This document shows, piece by piece, positions 1 to 9,119 of a stretch of 55,832 nt of DNA. The number at the start of each line of letters is the position of its first letter. The first letter of the stretch is position 1. The translations under genes and the position numbers were made by a program. The notes under the pieces are model-generated. The model searched no databases. It saw nothing but the letters and a program-made list of their open reading frames with translations, and had not been told where the DNA came from. This stretch comes from Rickettsiales bacterium (GTDB taxonomy: Bacteria > Pseudomonadota > Alphaproteobacteria > Rs-D84 > CACZYB01). The stretch lies in NCBI GenBank assembly GCA_031263095.1, contig JAISGI010000019.1, positions 1-55,832 on the forward strand, written 5' to 3'.

Positions 1-18
1 GGTTTCGCACGCAAATAA

Positions 19-61
19 CCAATCGAAAAAGACAAGCGAAGCGTAGTATTTTTCGATTGAG
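19..61. repeat. REP-like palindromic element, copy 1 (CAATCGAAAAA-loop-TTTTTCGATTG)
   Basis: Inverted repeat with GCGAAGC in the loop; near-identical arms recur at 26630, 36429 and 48606. Confidence 0.75.
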
Positions 62-69
62 GAGACATA

Positions 70-2508
70 ATGTTTTCAAAACCGCGCAGACTTATAAGAC
101 ATATAGCAAGCAAAGAGGACGCCCTGCCCGTCCTTCCACTAAGGGATATAGTCGTCTTCCCCGGCATGATGGTGCCCGTAGTCGTGCCCAAGGGCGTTCC
201 CGCGGACGCGATAGAGGACGCCGCCGCGAACGACGCACCAATCCTGCTTGTCGCCTGCACCGACGGAGGCGAACTCGGCTCGCCAGAGGCCCTGTTCGGA
301 GTAGGCGTCCGCGCACGCATTGTCCAATCCATAAGCGAGGGCGGCACGGAAAAACTGCTCGTCGAAGCAGACGAGAAAATGAGGATAAAGGGCGTCGAAA
401 TCATACGCGGCGCGCTTATCGCCCACGCCGAACCTCTGCCCGAGGATTTGAGCTACCCCGAACCCATGGGCGAGGAAATAGCCGCCCTCCGCCGCGCCGT
501 CCTGGCCGATTTTTACCGCTATGTCCGCTCGGGCCGCTCGATGGTGTCGGGCGACGCCGCCGGGCTGGAAAATATAGGAAACATCCCGCTTCTGATTGCG
601 ACCATAGCAATGGCCGTCCCCGGCAAAATGGCCAAAAAACAGATGCTCCTCGAGGAGCCGACCATCGCCGGCAAACTCAAGGGCCTGCTCTCAATCCTAA
701 GGGACGAGCTTGCCCAGATAAAAATCGACCGCCAGATACGAAATAAGGTGATAGAGTCCGTGAACCAAAACCAGCGGGAGTACTACCTGAACGAGGCCAT
801 GCGCGCGATTCAGAAAGAGCTCGGCGACGACGAGGCAAGCGAGATGGGCGAGCTTGACAAAAGGATAGAGGCCAAAAAGCTGCCCACCGAGGCCGCCCGC
901 CGCGCGAAATCCGAGCTTAAAAAACTCGCCAAAATGCACGCCCAGTCATCCGAGGCCGCGGTGCTCCGTGGATATATCGAGACGATTCTCGAACTGCCCT
1001 GGAGCGAAAAGTCCGAGCTTCAGACCGACCTCGAAAAGGCCGCCGCCGCGCTCGACAAAGGGCACTACGCGCTCGACAAGATAAAGGAACGCATCCTCGA
1101 ATTTTTGGCCGTCCAGAAACGCGCCGAAAAATCCAAGGGAACGATTCTCTGCTTCGTCGGCCCGCCCGGCGTAGGCAAAACAAGCCTTGGCAAGGTCGTG
1201 GCCGAGGCAACAGGGCGCAAATTCGCCAAACTCTCGCTTGGAGGGATAAGGGACGAGGCCGAAATCCGCGGCCACCGCCGCACCTACGTCGGCTCCACCA
1301 CCGGAAAGATACTCTCCACAATGAAAAAGTCTGGCGTCACGAACCCTCTTATCCTGCTCGACGAAATCGACAAGATGGGCTCCGACGGCTACCACGGCGA
1401 CCCCTCAAGCGCGATGTTGGAAGTCCTCGACCCCGAACAGAACGTCGCATTCGGCGACCACTACTTGGACTTGGACTATGACCTCTCCGGCGTGATGTTC
1501 ATAGCCACCGCCAACGGCCTCGACGGCATTCCCCGCCCCCTTATGGACAGGATGGAAATAATAGAGCTCTCCGGCTATACCGAGGCCGAAAAACTCGAAA
1601 TCGCCAAACGCCACATAGTGCCCAAAAGCCTCCTCAAAAACGCGCTCGGCACAAAGGAAATCGAAATAAGGGACGACGCGATAAAGCTTATAATCTCGAA
1701 ATACACGCGCGAATCCGGCGTCCGCGGGCTCGAGCGGCAAATAGATAGGCTCATGCGCAAGGCCGTCCGCAGCCTATTGGGAGGCGCAAACGCGCCGGTA
1801 AAAATCGGGGCCAAAAACCTCAAGGACTTCTTGGGCATCGAGAAATTCGACCACCAGGAGGCCGAAAAGGAGGACGCAATCGGCACCGTCTCCGGCCTCG
1901 CCTGGACCGAGGTCGGCGGCGAAATGCTCACCGTCGAGGCCGCGGTCATGGAAGGCAAGGGCGAGGCCCGCTTCACCGGCAAGCTCGGCGACGTGATGAA
2001 GGAGTCGATAGAAACCGCCAAATCCTACATCCGCTCCCGCTCGCGCCAGTTCGGCATCGACCCGAAAATCTGGAGCAAAATAGATATACACATCCACGTG
2101 CCCGAGGGGGCGACGCCAAAGGACGGCCCATCGGCAGGCATAGCCATGATGACCGCAATCGTCTCGGCCATGACGGAAATTCCGGTCAAGCACGATATAG
2201 CCATGACCGGCGAAATCACTCTGCGCGGCCGAGTTCTGCCAATAGGCGGGCTAAAGGAAAAACTCCTCGCCGCCGCGCGCGCAGGCATAAAAACCGCGCT
2301 CATCCCGTTCGAGAATAAAAAGGATCTTGAGGAGATTCCCGATATTGTCAAGGACAAGCTTAAAATCGTGCCGGTCAAGACCGCGGACGAGGTGCTCAAA
2401 CTTGTGCTTGCCGCGCCCTTGCGCCCGCTTGCCGAAACCGGAGGGTTTTTCGAAGGGCTGCTCTCCGAAATCCGCCTCGCCCGGCCGGGCGCGACAACTA
2501 GAATATAA
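70..2508 (+). CDS. lon: ATP-dependent protease La (Lon)
   Basis: LON N domain ([13 protein letters not shown]), Walker [16 protein letters not shown], catalytic PKDGPSAG and IGGLKEK; GAGGAG RBS. Confidence 0.97.
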   Translation: MFSKPRRLIRHIASKEDALPVLPLRDIVVFPGMMVPVVVPKGVPADAIEDAAANDAPILLVACTDGGELGSPEALFGVGVRARIVQSISEGGTEKLLVEADEKMRIKGVEIIRGALIAHAEPLPEDLSYPEPMGEEIAALRRAVLADFYRYVRSGRSMVSGDAAGLENIGNIPLLIATIAMAVPGKMAKKQMLLEEPTIAGKLKGLLSILRDELAQIKIDRQIRNKVIESVNQNQREYYLNEAMRAIQKELGDDEASEMGELDKRIEAKKLPTEAARRAKSELKKLAKMHAQSSEAAVLRGYIETILELPWSEKSELQTDLEKAAAALDKGHYALDKIKERILEFLAVQKRAEKSKGTILCFVGPPGVGKTSLGKVVAEATGRKFAKLSLGGIRDEAEIRGHRRTYVGSTTGKILSTMKKSGVTNPLILLDEIDKMGSDGYHGDPSSAMLEVLDPEQNVAFGDHYLDLDYDLSGVMFIATANGLDGIPRPLMDRMEIIELSGYTEAEKLEIAKRHIVPKSLLKNALGTKEIEIRDDAIKLIISKYTRESGVRGLERQIDRLMRKAVRSLLGGANAPVKIGAKNLKDFLGIEKFDHQEAEKEDAIGTVSGLAWTEVGGEMLTVEAAVMEGKGEARFTGKLGDVMKESIETAKSYIRSRSRQFGIDPKIWSKIDIHIHVPEGATPKDGPSAGIAMMTAIVSAMTEIPVKHDIAMTGEITLRGRVLPIGGLKEKLLAAARAGIKTALIPFENKKDLEEIPDIVKDKLKIVPVKTADEVLKLVLAAPLRPLAETGGFFEGLLSEIRLARPGATTRI

Positions 2509-2520
2509 AAAGGAGAGGAT

Positions 2521-2970
2521 ATGTTCACTGAAAAAGGATTCGAGGAGCTGGCCCTGAAATTTGTCCCTACGCTCGAGTTCGGCACATGGGAGCACGACCG
2601 CCGCACACAGGAGCCCAACATCGACATATATCTGAAAGATGTTTTCTACGACAACCTGACCGGCGAGGAACTTGCCAAATTCTCCGACCTCCTGGCCGAA
2701 ACGGACAAGGCGCTCGACTTCGACCTCCCCTTCGCGCAGATTTACACCGAGCTTGACAACACCCAGACCGCGGGACGCGTCGATCCATATATCTATATCC
2801 AGTTCAAGGACTCGGCGAACATGACGGACGATATGGTGGCCGAAACAATAGCCAGAATAAGCGGCATAGCGGACACGATGTCCGCGGCCTATCGGCAAAG
2901 CTTTATGGCCTCGCGCCGCCGCGAAGCCGACCGCCTCTCCGCCCACAGGCACAGGATGCTGCGCAGATAA
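2521..2970 (+). CDS. hypothetical protein (acidic body, Arg-rich C-terminus)
   Basis: 149-aa ORF with AGGAGAGG RBS directly after lon; no recognisable motif. Confidence 0.7.
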   Translation: MFTEKGFEELALKFVPTLEFGTWEHDRRTQEPNIDIYLKDVFYDNLTGEELAKFSDLLAETDKALDFDLPFAQIYTELDNTQTAGRVDPYIYIQFKDSANMTDDMVAETIARISGIADTMSAAYRQSFMASRRREADRLSAHRHRMLRR

Positions 2971-2977
2971 TTTTCAC

Positions 2978-3006
2978 TTGCAAGATAAGCGGACGACGGA
3001 TATAAT
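2978..3006 (+). promoter_or_regulatory. sigma70 promoter of tRNA-Gly
   Basis: TTGCAA-N17-TATAAT ending 10 nt before the tRNA. Confidence 0.7.
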
Positions 3007-3016
3007 CGCCCCACCT

Positions 3017-3090
3017 GCGGGATTAGTTTAGCGGTAAAACGCGAGCTTCCCAAGCTTGAGTCGGGGTTTCGACTACCCCATCCCGCACCA
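3017..3090 (+). tRNA. tRNA-Gly(CCC)
   Basis: Acceptor stem GCGGGAT/ATCCCGC, anticodon arm CGAGC-TTCCCAA-GCTTG, T-loop TTCGACT, encoded CCA. Confidence 0.92.
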
Positions 3091-3261
3091 AAAAATTTGC
3101 CACCCTTGAGGTGGCATAATTTTTTGGTACAGGAGGCAATCGAAACACCGAAGAAGGGGTTTCGGTATCGAGCGAAAGGCGGACGCAAGTACGCCGGTCG
3201 CCCAAAGGGCGATGAGCGAAGATGAACGCGCAGGGCGCAGCCCGAAGCGGACACTACCCCA
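3091..3261 (+). repeat. tRNA-linked palindromic element (antisense tRNA 3' half plus split T-arm copy)
   Basis: Hairpin TGCCACC/GGTGGCA; 3125-3149 is a degenerate reverse complement of the tRNA 3' half; GGGGTTTCG (3156-3164) and ACTACCCCA (3253-3261) copy the two halves of the T-arm around an 88-nt hairpin-rich insert. Confidence 0.6.
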
Positions 3262-3329
3262 CTTCTTCCTGCCCCTCCCCGTCGACAAAAAATATTGACA
3301 AATAAGCCAATACACGCTAATATCGCCAC

Positions 3330-3926
3330 ATGAAGAACGTAACGTTCCTTATAGACCTCGACGGCACAGTGCTTGACACGGCAATCGGAGTAATAAAAAG
3401 CATGGGCGAAATCGCCCGCCGCCTGCCGGAAATAAACCTGCGCAAAATACTTTTCCAAAGCGGCGCAAGGTTTGAAACCCTCGCCGCCAGAATTATGGAG
3501 AGCAAGGCTTTCAGCCGCGTTCCCGCCTGCCCCGGCGTCAAGGAGGCGCTCTACATGCTTGGCTCCAAGGGCAGTATCGAGTTCGTGACCGCCTCGCCTG
3601 ACAGCGAAAAGGCCAAACAGAACCGCCGCGAGAATATGGAATACCTCGGCCTCGGCCGCTATACGCTCCACTTCGACAGGTTCAAGTCCGACCGCAGCGA
3701 GCTGCTCTCCTCTCTGCCCGAGGATTATATATTGCTCGACGACTCGATAACCAACTGCAACGCCGCAAGAAAGCTTGGGCGGCCAGCCGCACATATATTC
3801 TACTGGAGCCGGCAGATAATGCCCCTGATCCAAACCGGCCGTCCGGCGAAACCGGTCAAGGGCATGACAAGCTATGAACGGCTCTACGACTACGCGTACG
3901 AGTATTGCGTTTGCAAACGCCTCTGA
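3330..3926 (+). CDS. HAD-superfamily hydrolase-like protein
   Basis: Motif I DLDGT, motif II VTAS, motif IV LLDDS; leaderless-type promoter TTGACA-N17-TAATAT ends 6 nt before the ATG. Confidence 0.7.
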   Translation: MKNVTFLIDLDGTVLDTAIGVIKSMGEIARRLPEINLRKILFQSGARFETLAARIMESKAFSRVPACPGVKEALYMLGSKGSIEFVTASPDSEKAKQNRRENMEYLGLGRYTLHFDRFKSDRSELLSSLPEDYILLDDSITNCNAARKLGRPAAHIFYWSRQIMPLIQTGRPAKPVKGMTSYERLYDYAYEYCVCKRL

Positions 3927-3954
3927 AATATGCTAATATGCTAAGTTGATAAAG

Positions 3955-4746
3955 ATGGGCAAGGTCATAACCATAGGAAACGAAAAAGGAGGCAGCGGCA
4001 AATCCACGCTGTCCATGCATCTTGCCGCGGCATACCTATATGCGGGCAAAAAGGTTGCGACCATAGATTTGGACGGCCGCCAGGGCACGCTTACCCACTA
4101 TCTGGAAAACAGGATAAGATATATAGACGAGCGCAAGCTCGCCCTCCCCGTGCCCGAGCATTTGGTCGTGACCCCGCCGGCTCTCGCCACGAAACGCGGC
4201 ACAGACGACGACCAGGCCCAGCTTGAAAGCGAGATAAAGGCGCTAAAGTCCGAATACGATATAGTGATAATCGACACGCCCGGGACGTTCAGCCACCTGT
4301 CCAATACCGGCCACAGGAACGCCGATATCCTGATGACCCCGGTCAACGATTCCCTTGTGGACTTGGACGTCCTTGCCAACCTCGACCCCGCCACGCACGA
4401 GATTCTAAGGCCGAGCCAGTACGCCGAGAATGTCAAGGCCATAGAGCAGACACGCCGCGCCGAGGGACGCGAGCCCTTGAAATGGCTTGTGCTTAGGAAC
4501 CGCATTTCCCACATAGACGCAAGGAACAAACGCGACGTCGACCAGATTCTTGGGCGCCTCGCTGAAACGCTTGGCTTCAAATATATAAGCGGCATAGGCG
4601 AACGCGTGGTTTATAGAGAGATGTTTTTGAAAGGGCTTACGATTCTCGACCTGATGAAGCTTGGCACCGAGGAGATTTCCATTTCTCATATCGCCGCCAA
4701 GAACGAGATTTCGCTAATCCTGAACGAAATCGGCATGTCTATCTAG
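3955..4746 (+). CDS. mipZ: division plane positioning ATPase MipZ (ParA family)
   Basis: GNEKGGSGKST deviant Walker A, IDLDGRQGTLTHYLENR, TPVNDSLVDLDVL, ERVVYREMFLKGLT: MipZ-type motifs. Confidence 0.88.
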   Translation: MGKVITIGNEKGGSGKSTLSMHLAAAYLYAGKKVATIDLDGRQGTLTHYLENRIRYIDERKLALPVPEHLVVTPPALATKRGTDDDQAQLESEIKALKSEYDIVIIDTPGTFSHLSNTGHRNADILMTPVNDSLVDLDVLANLDPATHEILRPSQYAENVKAIEQTRRAEGREPLKWLVLRNRISHIDARNKRDVDQILGRLAETLGFKYISGIGERVVYREMFLKGLTILDLMKLGTEEISISHIAAKNEISLILNEIGMSI

Positions 4747-5470
4747 CGCCCGAACGCCCTGCGATGATAAGCGAGTCAATCTCCGCGGCGATGTTCGGTT
4801 TATAGTGCGGGTCGCTCTCGTGCGTATAGCTTCGTACCGTCTTGACCGCGATGTCGTGGTCGACTGCATTCACCGCCCGCGCGACCGCCATTTTGGTAAA
4901 GAAATCCCGCCCGTGCAGGCTTTGCAAAACGGTATGAAGCGTGAACTCGCTCCCAATCCTAAGCTTCTCGGCGGCCGTCGCCTCGAAATACCCCTCCGGC
5001 AGCAATAGTTCCGCAAGCGCGAATACCTTGGGCGAAAAATGCGTGTCGGCGGGCGTCAACATCCCGATGAAAAAGTCGAGGTTCAACCCGGGGACAAACT
5101 GCATTACCGCGCGCCCAAGCTCGCTCATGTCGGAAAAGTGCCGCCCCTCCTTGATGAATACGACAAGCACCTCGCTCACAAGCGCCGCGCGGAAGCCGAA
5201 CTTGGGCGTAATCGCCCCCTTTTTATCAAGGTACCCCTCCGGAAGCAGGGGTATGATTGCCGCGCGTATTGCCGGGACATAATGCTTGGTGTTCATGCTG
5301 ATTTTGTTCGAGAACGTCGCCGCCGAAATCGAGGGATTCTCGGCACAAAGCGCGGTCTTGAGGGCGTTTATGTTGGGAAACTTCCGCCCTTCCTCGGCCA
5401 TTTTTTCAAGCGCCTGAAGTATTATCAGATTCGTGTCGTAATAATCGCTTCTGACCTTGTAAGTTCTCAT
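4739..5470 (-). CDS. hypothetical protein with three tandem ~80-aa repeats (possible HTH-like DNA-binding modules)
   Basis: Repeats GRKFPNINALKTAL / GRHFSDMSELGRAV / GRDFFTKMAVARAV, two ending LLPEGY; ATG 7 nt after a -10 box. Confidence 0.65.
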   Translation of the reverse strand: MRTYKVRSDYYDTNLIILQALEKMAEEGRKFPNINALKTALCAENPSISAATFSNKISMNTKHYVPAIRAAIIPLLPEGYLDKKGAITPKFGFRAALVSEVLVVFIKEGRHFSDMSELGRAVMQFVPGLNLDFFIGMLTPADTHFSPKVFALAELLLPEGYFEATAAEKLRIGSEFTLHTVLQSLHGRDFFTKMAVARAVNAVDHDIAVKTVRSYTHESDPHYKPNIAAEIDSLIIAGRSGAR

Positions 5471-5477
5471 AATCGAC

Positions 5478-5507
5478 AAAATACCCCCCCCCGTGTATTT
5501 TTGTCAA
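5478..5507 (-). promoter_or_regulatory. promoter with G9 tract in the -35/-10 spacer
   Basis: TTGACA-N18(contains G9)-TATTTT-GTC-N4-ATG; same architecture at 23410-23439. Confidence 0.6.
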
Positions 5508-5522
5508 TAAAAAATTTAAGGT

Positions 5523-5556
5523 AAGAAAAAGCGCCCTCCTGTTGCTGGGCGGGCGC
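5523..5556 (-). terminator. intrinsic terminator of ssrA
   Basis: GCGCCCGCCC...GGAGGGCGC hairpin followed by TTTTTCTT on the minus strand. Confidence 0.65.
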
Positions 5557-5826
5557 GGCCCCACTTTGGAAGTCCAAGATTCCCAAAGAATCTACGCGCT
5601 TTCCGGCTTAGGCAGCCAGGGCAAGCGCAGGACGATTGTCATTAGCATTCGTTCTTTTTAACCCGTTCGCTCGAAAGCAGGGCGGAATAATACCCTGATG
5701 CACGCCTATCCTTTATTGCACCCGTCGAAGCTGTTCATCCCCGTAAATGGTGGAGATGTCGGGAATCGCACCCGAGTCCGAAATGCCTATTCCAATATGC
5801 ATTTAGCATCATAGCCGTTGCCGGCA
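5530..5826 (-). ncRNA. ssrA: tmRNA, circularly permuted two-piece (alphaproteobacterial) form
   Basis: Acceptor piece ends CATCTCCACCA at 5748; 5-nt spacer; coding piece begins GGGGATG at 5742 (G3-U70 Ala identity); tag ORF 5646-5608 encodes ANDNRPALALAA*; ends approximate. Confidence 0.92.
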
Positions 5827-5832
5827 GGAACT

Positions 5833-5861
5833 ATTATAGTACAAAGTTCGACGGCTGTCAA
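5833..5861 (-). promoter_or_regulatory. consensus sigma70 promoter of ssrA
   Basis: Perfect TTGACA-N17-TATAAT. Confidence 0.85.
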
Positions 5862-5920
5862 CCGGAAATTTCCCCTTGACGCCACCGCCGCAATCCTATA
5901 ATCTGCCCTCAGAGGGAAAA

Positions 5921-8059
5921 TTGAGGAAGCTGCTGCTCATAATCGCCGTAATAATAAGCGTCGCAGGCATACGCGCGCAGACGCCGGTAAAAACCGCTTT
6001 CACATGCTATTCCTGCGCCGGAGGAAGCTACTGCCCCGCAAACTCGTCCGCACCGCACCCCTGCCCCGCAGGTTTCTATTGCCCCGCCAGAAGCGGCAAT
6101 AGGATAGTCTGCGCCCGGGGCGAATACTGCCCCGCCGGAACCCAGCAGAGCCACCCTTGCCCCGCCGGTTCATATTGCACCACCACCTCGCAGATAGCCG
6201 AATGCGACCCCGGCGACTATTGCCCTAAACGAAGCACGGCCAAGGAAAGGTGCCCTGCCGGCTCCTATTGCGCCACCCCGGCCGAAATCGCCCAGTGCGC
6301 GCCCGGCGATTCGTGCCCCGAGGGTTCGACCGAGAAAAGCCAGTGCCCGCGCGGATATTATTGTACCGCGATGGAGGCGGTTCCGGTTGAATGCACAGTG
6401 CCCAAGTCCTGCCCCGCCGGGTCAAGCGCCAACGGCTGCACAAGCGGAATGGCGTTCATCCCTGACGGAATCGAGGACGACTGGCCCACCTCGGGAGAGT
6501 GCAAAACCGCCCTGCCCGTACCCGGCGACCACGAAATTACAGCCGCAAGCGGCACCCTTGAACCCGGCTGGTACAGGATAACGCTGCGCTCCGGCCCGGG
6601 CGAAGCGGAATCCGCCTCCTGTCCCGCGCACGAGCACACGTGGGAAGAAAAGACTTTCACAGAATGCCAGGCAGACCCGGACGAATTCGAATGCGGGCTT
6701 GAAATCGAGGTTGGTACTTTCGGCACAAGCGCCGCCTGCGCCGCCGAATGCAAAATCGACGCCTACGACGACTTCGGCCTATGCGCGGCCAAGGGCAACT
6801 CGCACATCTGCGAAAATGACAATACCGAATACTCGAACGAGACATCCTGCCTGCTCAATTGCAAAACCGACGCACAGTACCAAAACGGCAACTGCACGCC
6901 AAGCGGGGGCGAATACTCCTGCAGCCTTTCGGAAATTTCGGACACGTTCGACACTTTGGGCGCCTGCGACTCCTCCTGCCAGAAAGAGGAAACAACGACC
7001 ACTCCGGGCAACTGCACGCCAAGCGGCGGCGAGTATTCATGCAGCCTCGCAGACATTTCGGACACGTTCAACACCTCGGACGCGTGCACATCCGCCTGCC
7101 AGACCGAGGAGGAAGTGACCACCGAGGGAACCTGTGCCCCCGACGCGGACGAGGAGGATAAATTCGCCTGCAACCTCGAAACGGTCGATTCGCTATTCGA
7201 CGACGAGGATTCCTGCACCTCCGCATGCCGTATAACCGAAACCAATACCACCCCGGGCTCCTGCACGCAGGCAAACATCGAATACTCCTGCGACATCCAA
7301 GGCATAGGCGAAACATTCGACACCGACGCGGCCTGCACCTCCGCATGCCAAACCACAAGCACCGATACCACAACCGGCACCTGCACGCAGTCGAACGTCG
7401 AATACTCCTGCGACATCCCGGGTGTCTCGGGCACATTCCAAACCGGAGAGTCCTGCACCACTGCATGCAAGGAGGAAACCTCGCCAAGCCAGCAGTTCGA
7501 GTGCGCCCCGGCCTACACATGCGACATCCCGGAAATATCCGGCTCGTTCAAGGGCGAGTCCGCCTGCGAAACCGCCTGCTTCCAACAGGTGCCCGAGGAA
7601 CAGGGAAACTGCACCAAGCGCGACACGACCTACACTTGCCCCGTCACGAACCAGGGCGAGTATCTGGACAAGCCCATGTGCGACGCCGCTTGTTTCACGA
7701 CTGCCGAGACAAGCGCCCAGCACGCCGAATACGCCTGCCCCACGCCCCAACCGGGCGGCAATGGCACCGAACTTGTCTATGTGCTTAGACTGACCGAACA
7801 CGCTGCCTACCAAATCGACACCTCCGGCCCGGACAAAAAGATAACAATCGCGGGCGTAGTGTACGAGGCTCCCGCCGGAGCCGACGGCGAACCAACGGCC
7901 GATTGGATAAACGACGATACAAGCGCCGGCCCTCCGTTCGGCACGTGCGAGTGTGGAGGCTCCCCGGGCGCGAACGCAACGCCAAGCCGCCCGTCCAACA
8001 GCTCCAATATCGACAACCTTACCGGCACCGGCGCCAAGCTCACGTTCATCGGGTATTGA
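5921..8059 (+). CDS. secreted Cys-rich repeat surface protein (CPAGxYCP repeats plus CxxxC acidic repeats)
   Basis: TTG start after AGAGGG, signal peptide (RKLLLIIAVIISVAGIRA), ~9 CPAG[SF]YC-type repeats, then ~40-aa G.CT....EYSC.....TF.....C...C repeats. Confidence 0.8.
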   Translation: MRKLLLIIAVIISVAGIRAQTPVKTAFTCYSCAGGSYCPANSSAPHPCPAGFYCPARSGNRIVCARGEYCPAGTQQSHPCPAGSYCTTTSQIAECDPGDYCPKRSTAKERCPAGSYCATPAEIAQCAPGDSCPEGSTEKSQCPRGYYCTAMEAVPVECTVPKSCPAGSSANGCTSGMAFIPDGIEDDWPTSGECKTALPVPGDHEITAASGTLEPGWYRITLRSGPGEAESASCPAHEHTWEEKTFTECQADPDEFECGLEIEVGTFGTSAACAAECKIDAYDDFGLCAAKGNSHICENDNTEYSNETSCLLNCKTDAQYQNGNCTPSGGEYSCSLSEISDTFDTLGACDSSCQKEETTTTPGNCTPSGGEYSCSLADISDTFNTSDACTSACQTEEEVTTEGTCAPDADEEDKFACNLETVDSLFDDEDSCTSACRITETNTTPGSCTQANIEYSCDIQGIGETFDTDAACTSACQTTSTDTTTGTCTQSNVEYSCDIPGVSGTFQTGESCTTACKEETSPSQQFECAPAYTCDIPEISGSFKGESACETACFQQVPEEQGNCTKRDTTYTCPVTNQGEYLDKPMCDAACFTTAETSAQHAEYACPTPQPGGNGTELVYVLRLTEHAAYQIDTSGPDKKITIAGVVYEAPAGADGEPTADWINDDTSAGPPFGTCECGGSPGANATPSRPSNSSNIDNLTGTGAKLTFIGY

Positions 8060-8090
8060 CTTCGGACTGAATCGGCACTATAATATAAAC

Positions 8091-8468
8091 ATGGGAAAAA
8101 TTTCGGAAGCCTTTGCCAATTTCATTACAGACGATAGCCATCGGGCAATCGCAAGCATAGCGGCCCAGAACGCGCATTGGGCGGTGGGCGGCGCGGCCGT
8201 CCCCGGCGGTATGGGTCTTTCCGGCCTGCTTGCCATGGACACGACGGATAAGGCCGGCAAAAAGCTGGTCGAGTTCAAGCTTATGAACGACCTCGAAAAG
8301 GCGTGGGACATCGCACTCGGATACGAGTATCTGAAAGACGAGGAGGCCTACAAGAAAATCCGCGCCAAAAATTGGAACATCGTCCACGGCATCGGCCCGC
8401 AAACGAACAGCATGCGCGATAGGTACAAGCTAAAGCCGTCCGACCTTAAACGCCCCAATACAAGATAG
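8091..8468 (+). CDS. hypothetical protein
   Basis: ATG 6 nt after TTGACT-N17-TATAAT (leaderless); 125 aa; no known motif. Confidence 0.65.
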   Translation: MGKISEAFANFITDDSHRAIASIAAQNAHWAVGGAAVPGGMGLSGLLAMDTTDKAGKKLVEFKLMNDLEKAWDIALGYEYLKDEEAYKKIRAKNWNIVHGIGPQTNSMRDRYKLKPSDLKRPNTR

Positions 8469-9119
8469 TTATTTGCTTATCTTGCCCGAGTCAACGCGCC
8501 CGTTGACCCGCCCCGTAAAGACATATTTCTCGCCCCGCTTGAACGAAAACCCCTCGCCGATAATCTGGCCGAAATCCGTGGTCGCGACGACCGGCGACGC
8601 GCCGTAGATTTCCGAGGTCGCGACATCCACGTTCGCCTCCTCGGTCGTCATCTTGCTGCCCGCGTCGTCCGAGATTCGCACCGACCCGCGCATTTCGAAA
8701 AGCTTTTTGTCCTTGAAAAACTTGCCCGCCCGCGCGGAAATGTCTATGCGGCTCGCATCCTTGAGAGTGATGTTTCCCTCGATTCGCGTGAACTCCACCA
8801 CCGGCGCCGCCTTGGCCTCGAACCCGGTCTTCATGTTCGCGGAAAAGACCGCGCCGTCGTCCCCCTGCCCGCGAAAGCTGCCCTCCTCCATGGTAAAGGA
8901 AATGTCCGCCACGCCAGTAATTTTCGGAATGGAAACCTTGACCCGCACGCGCGAGGCGAACCGCGGCAGCACAAGCGCGATTCCGACGAACAGCGCCGCC
9001 ACGCTCGGCAATAGGATTTTAAGGAGGAACACCGCCCGCGAATGCCCCGCAAGCTGACGGTATGCTTTGCGTATCCGCCGCACGGCAAGCGATGCCTCGT
9101 GCTTCACGAACGAAATCAT
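8469..9119 (-). CDS. lptC: LPS export periplasmic protein LptC
   Basis: N-terminal TM anchor (LKILLPSVAALFVGIALVLP) and beta-jellyroll-like body; downstream of kdsD as is usual in alphaproteobacteria. Confidence 0.78.
   Translation of the reverse strand: MISFVKHEASLAVRRIRKAYRQLAGHSRAVFLLKILLPSVAALFVGIALVLPRFASRVRVKVSIPKITGVADISFTMEEGSFRGQGDDGAVFSANMKTGFEAKAAPVVEFTRIEGNITLKDASRIDISARAGKFFKDKKLFEMRGSVRISDDAGSKMTTEEANVDVATSEIYGASPVVATTDFGQIIGEGFSFKRGEKYVFTGRVNGRVDSGKISK

Noticed and set aside
57-746. 229-aa Arg-rich ORF overlapping lon
   Set aside because: Alternate-frame shadow of a GC-rich gene; no RBS or motif
6880-7620. Periodic ~120-bp DNA repeats as a CRISPR array
   Set aside because: Degenerate in-frame coding repeats of the Cys-rich protein; no constant repeat with unique spacers and no cas genes
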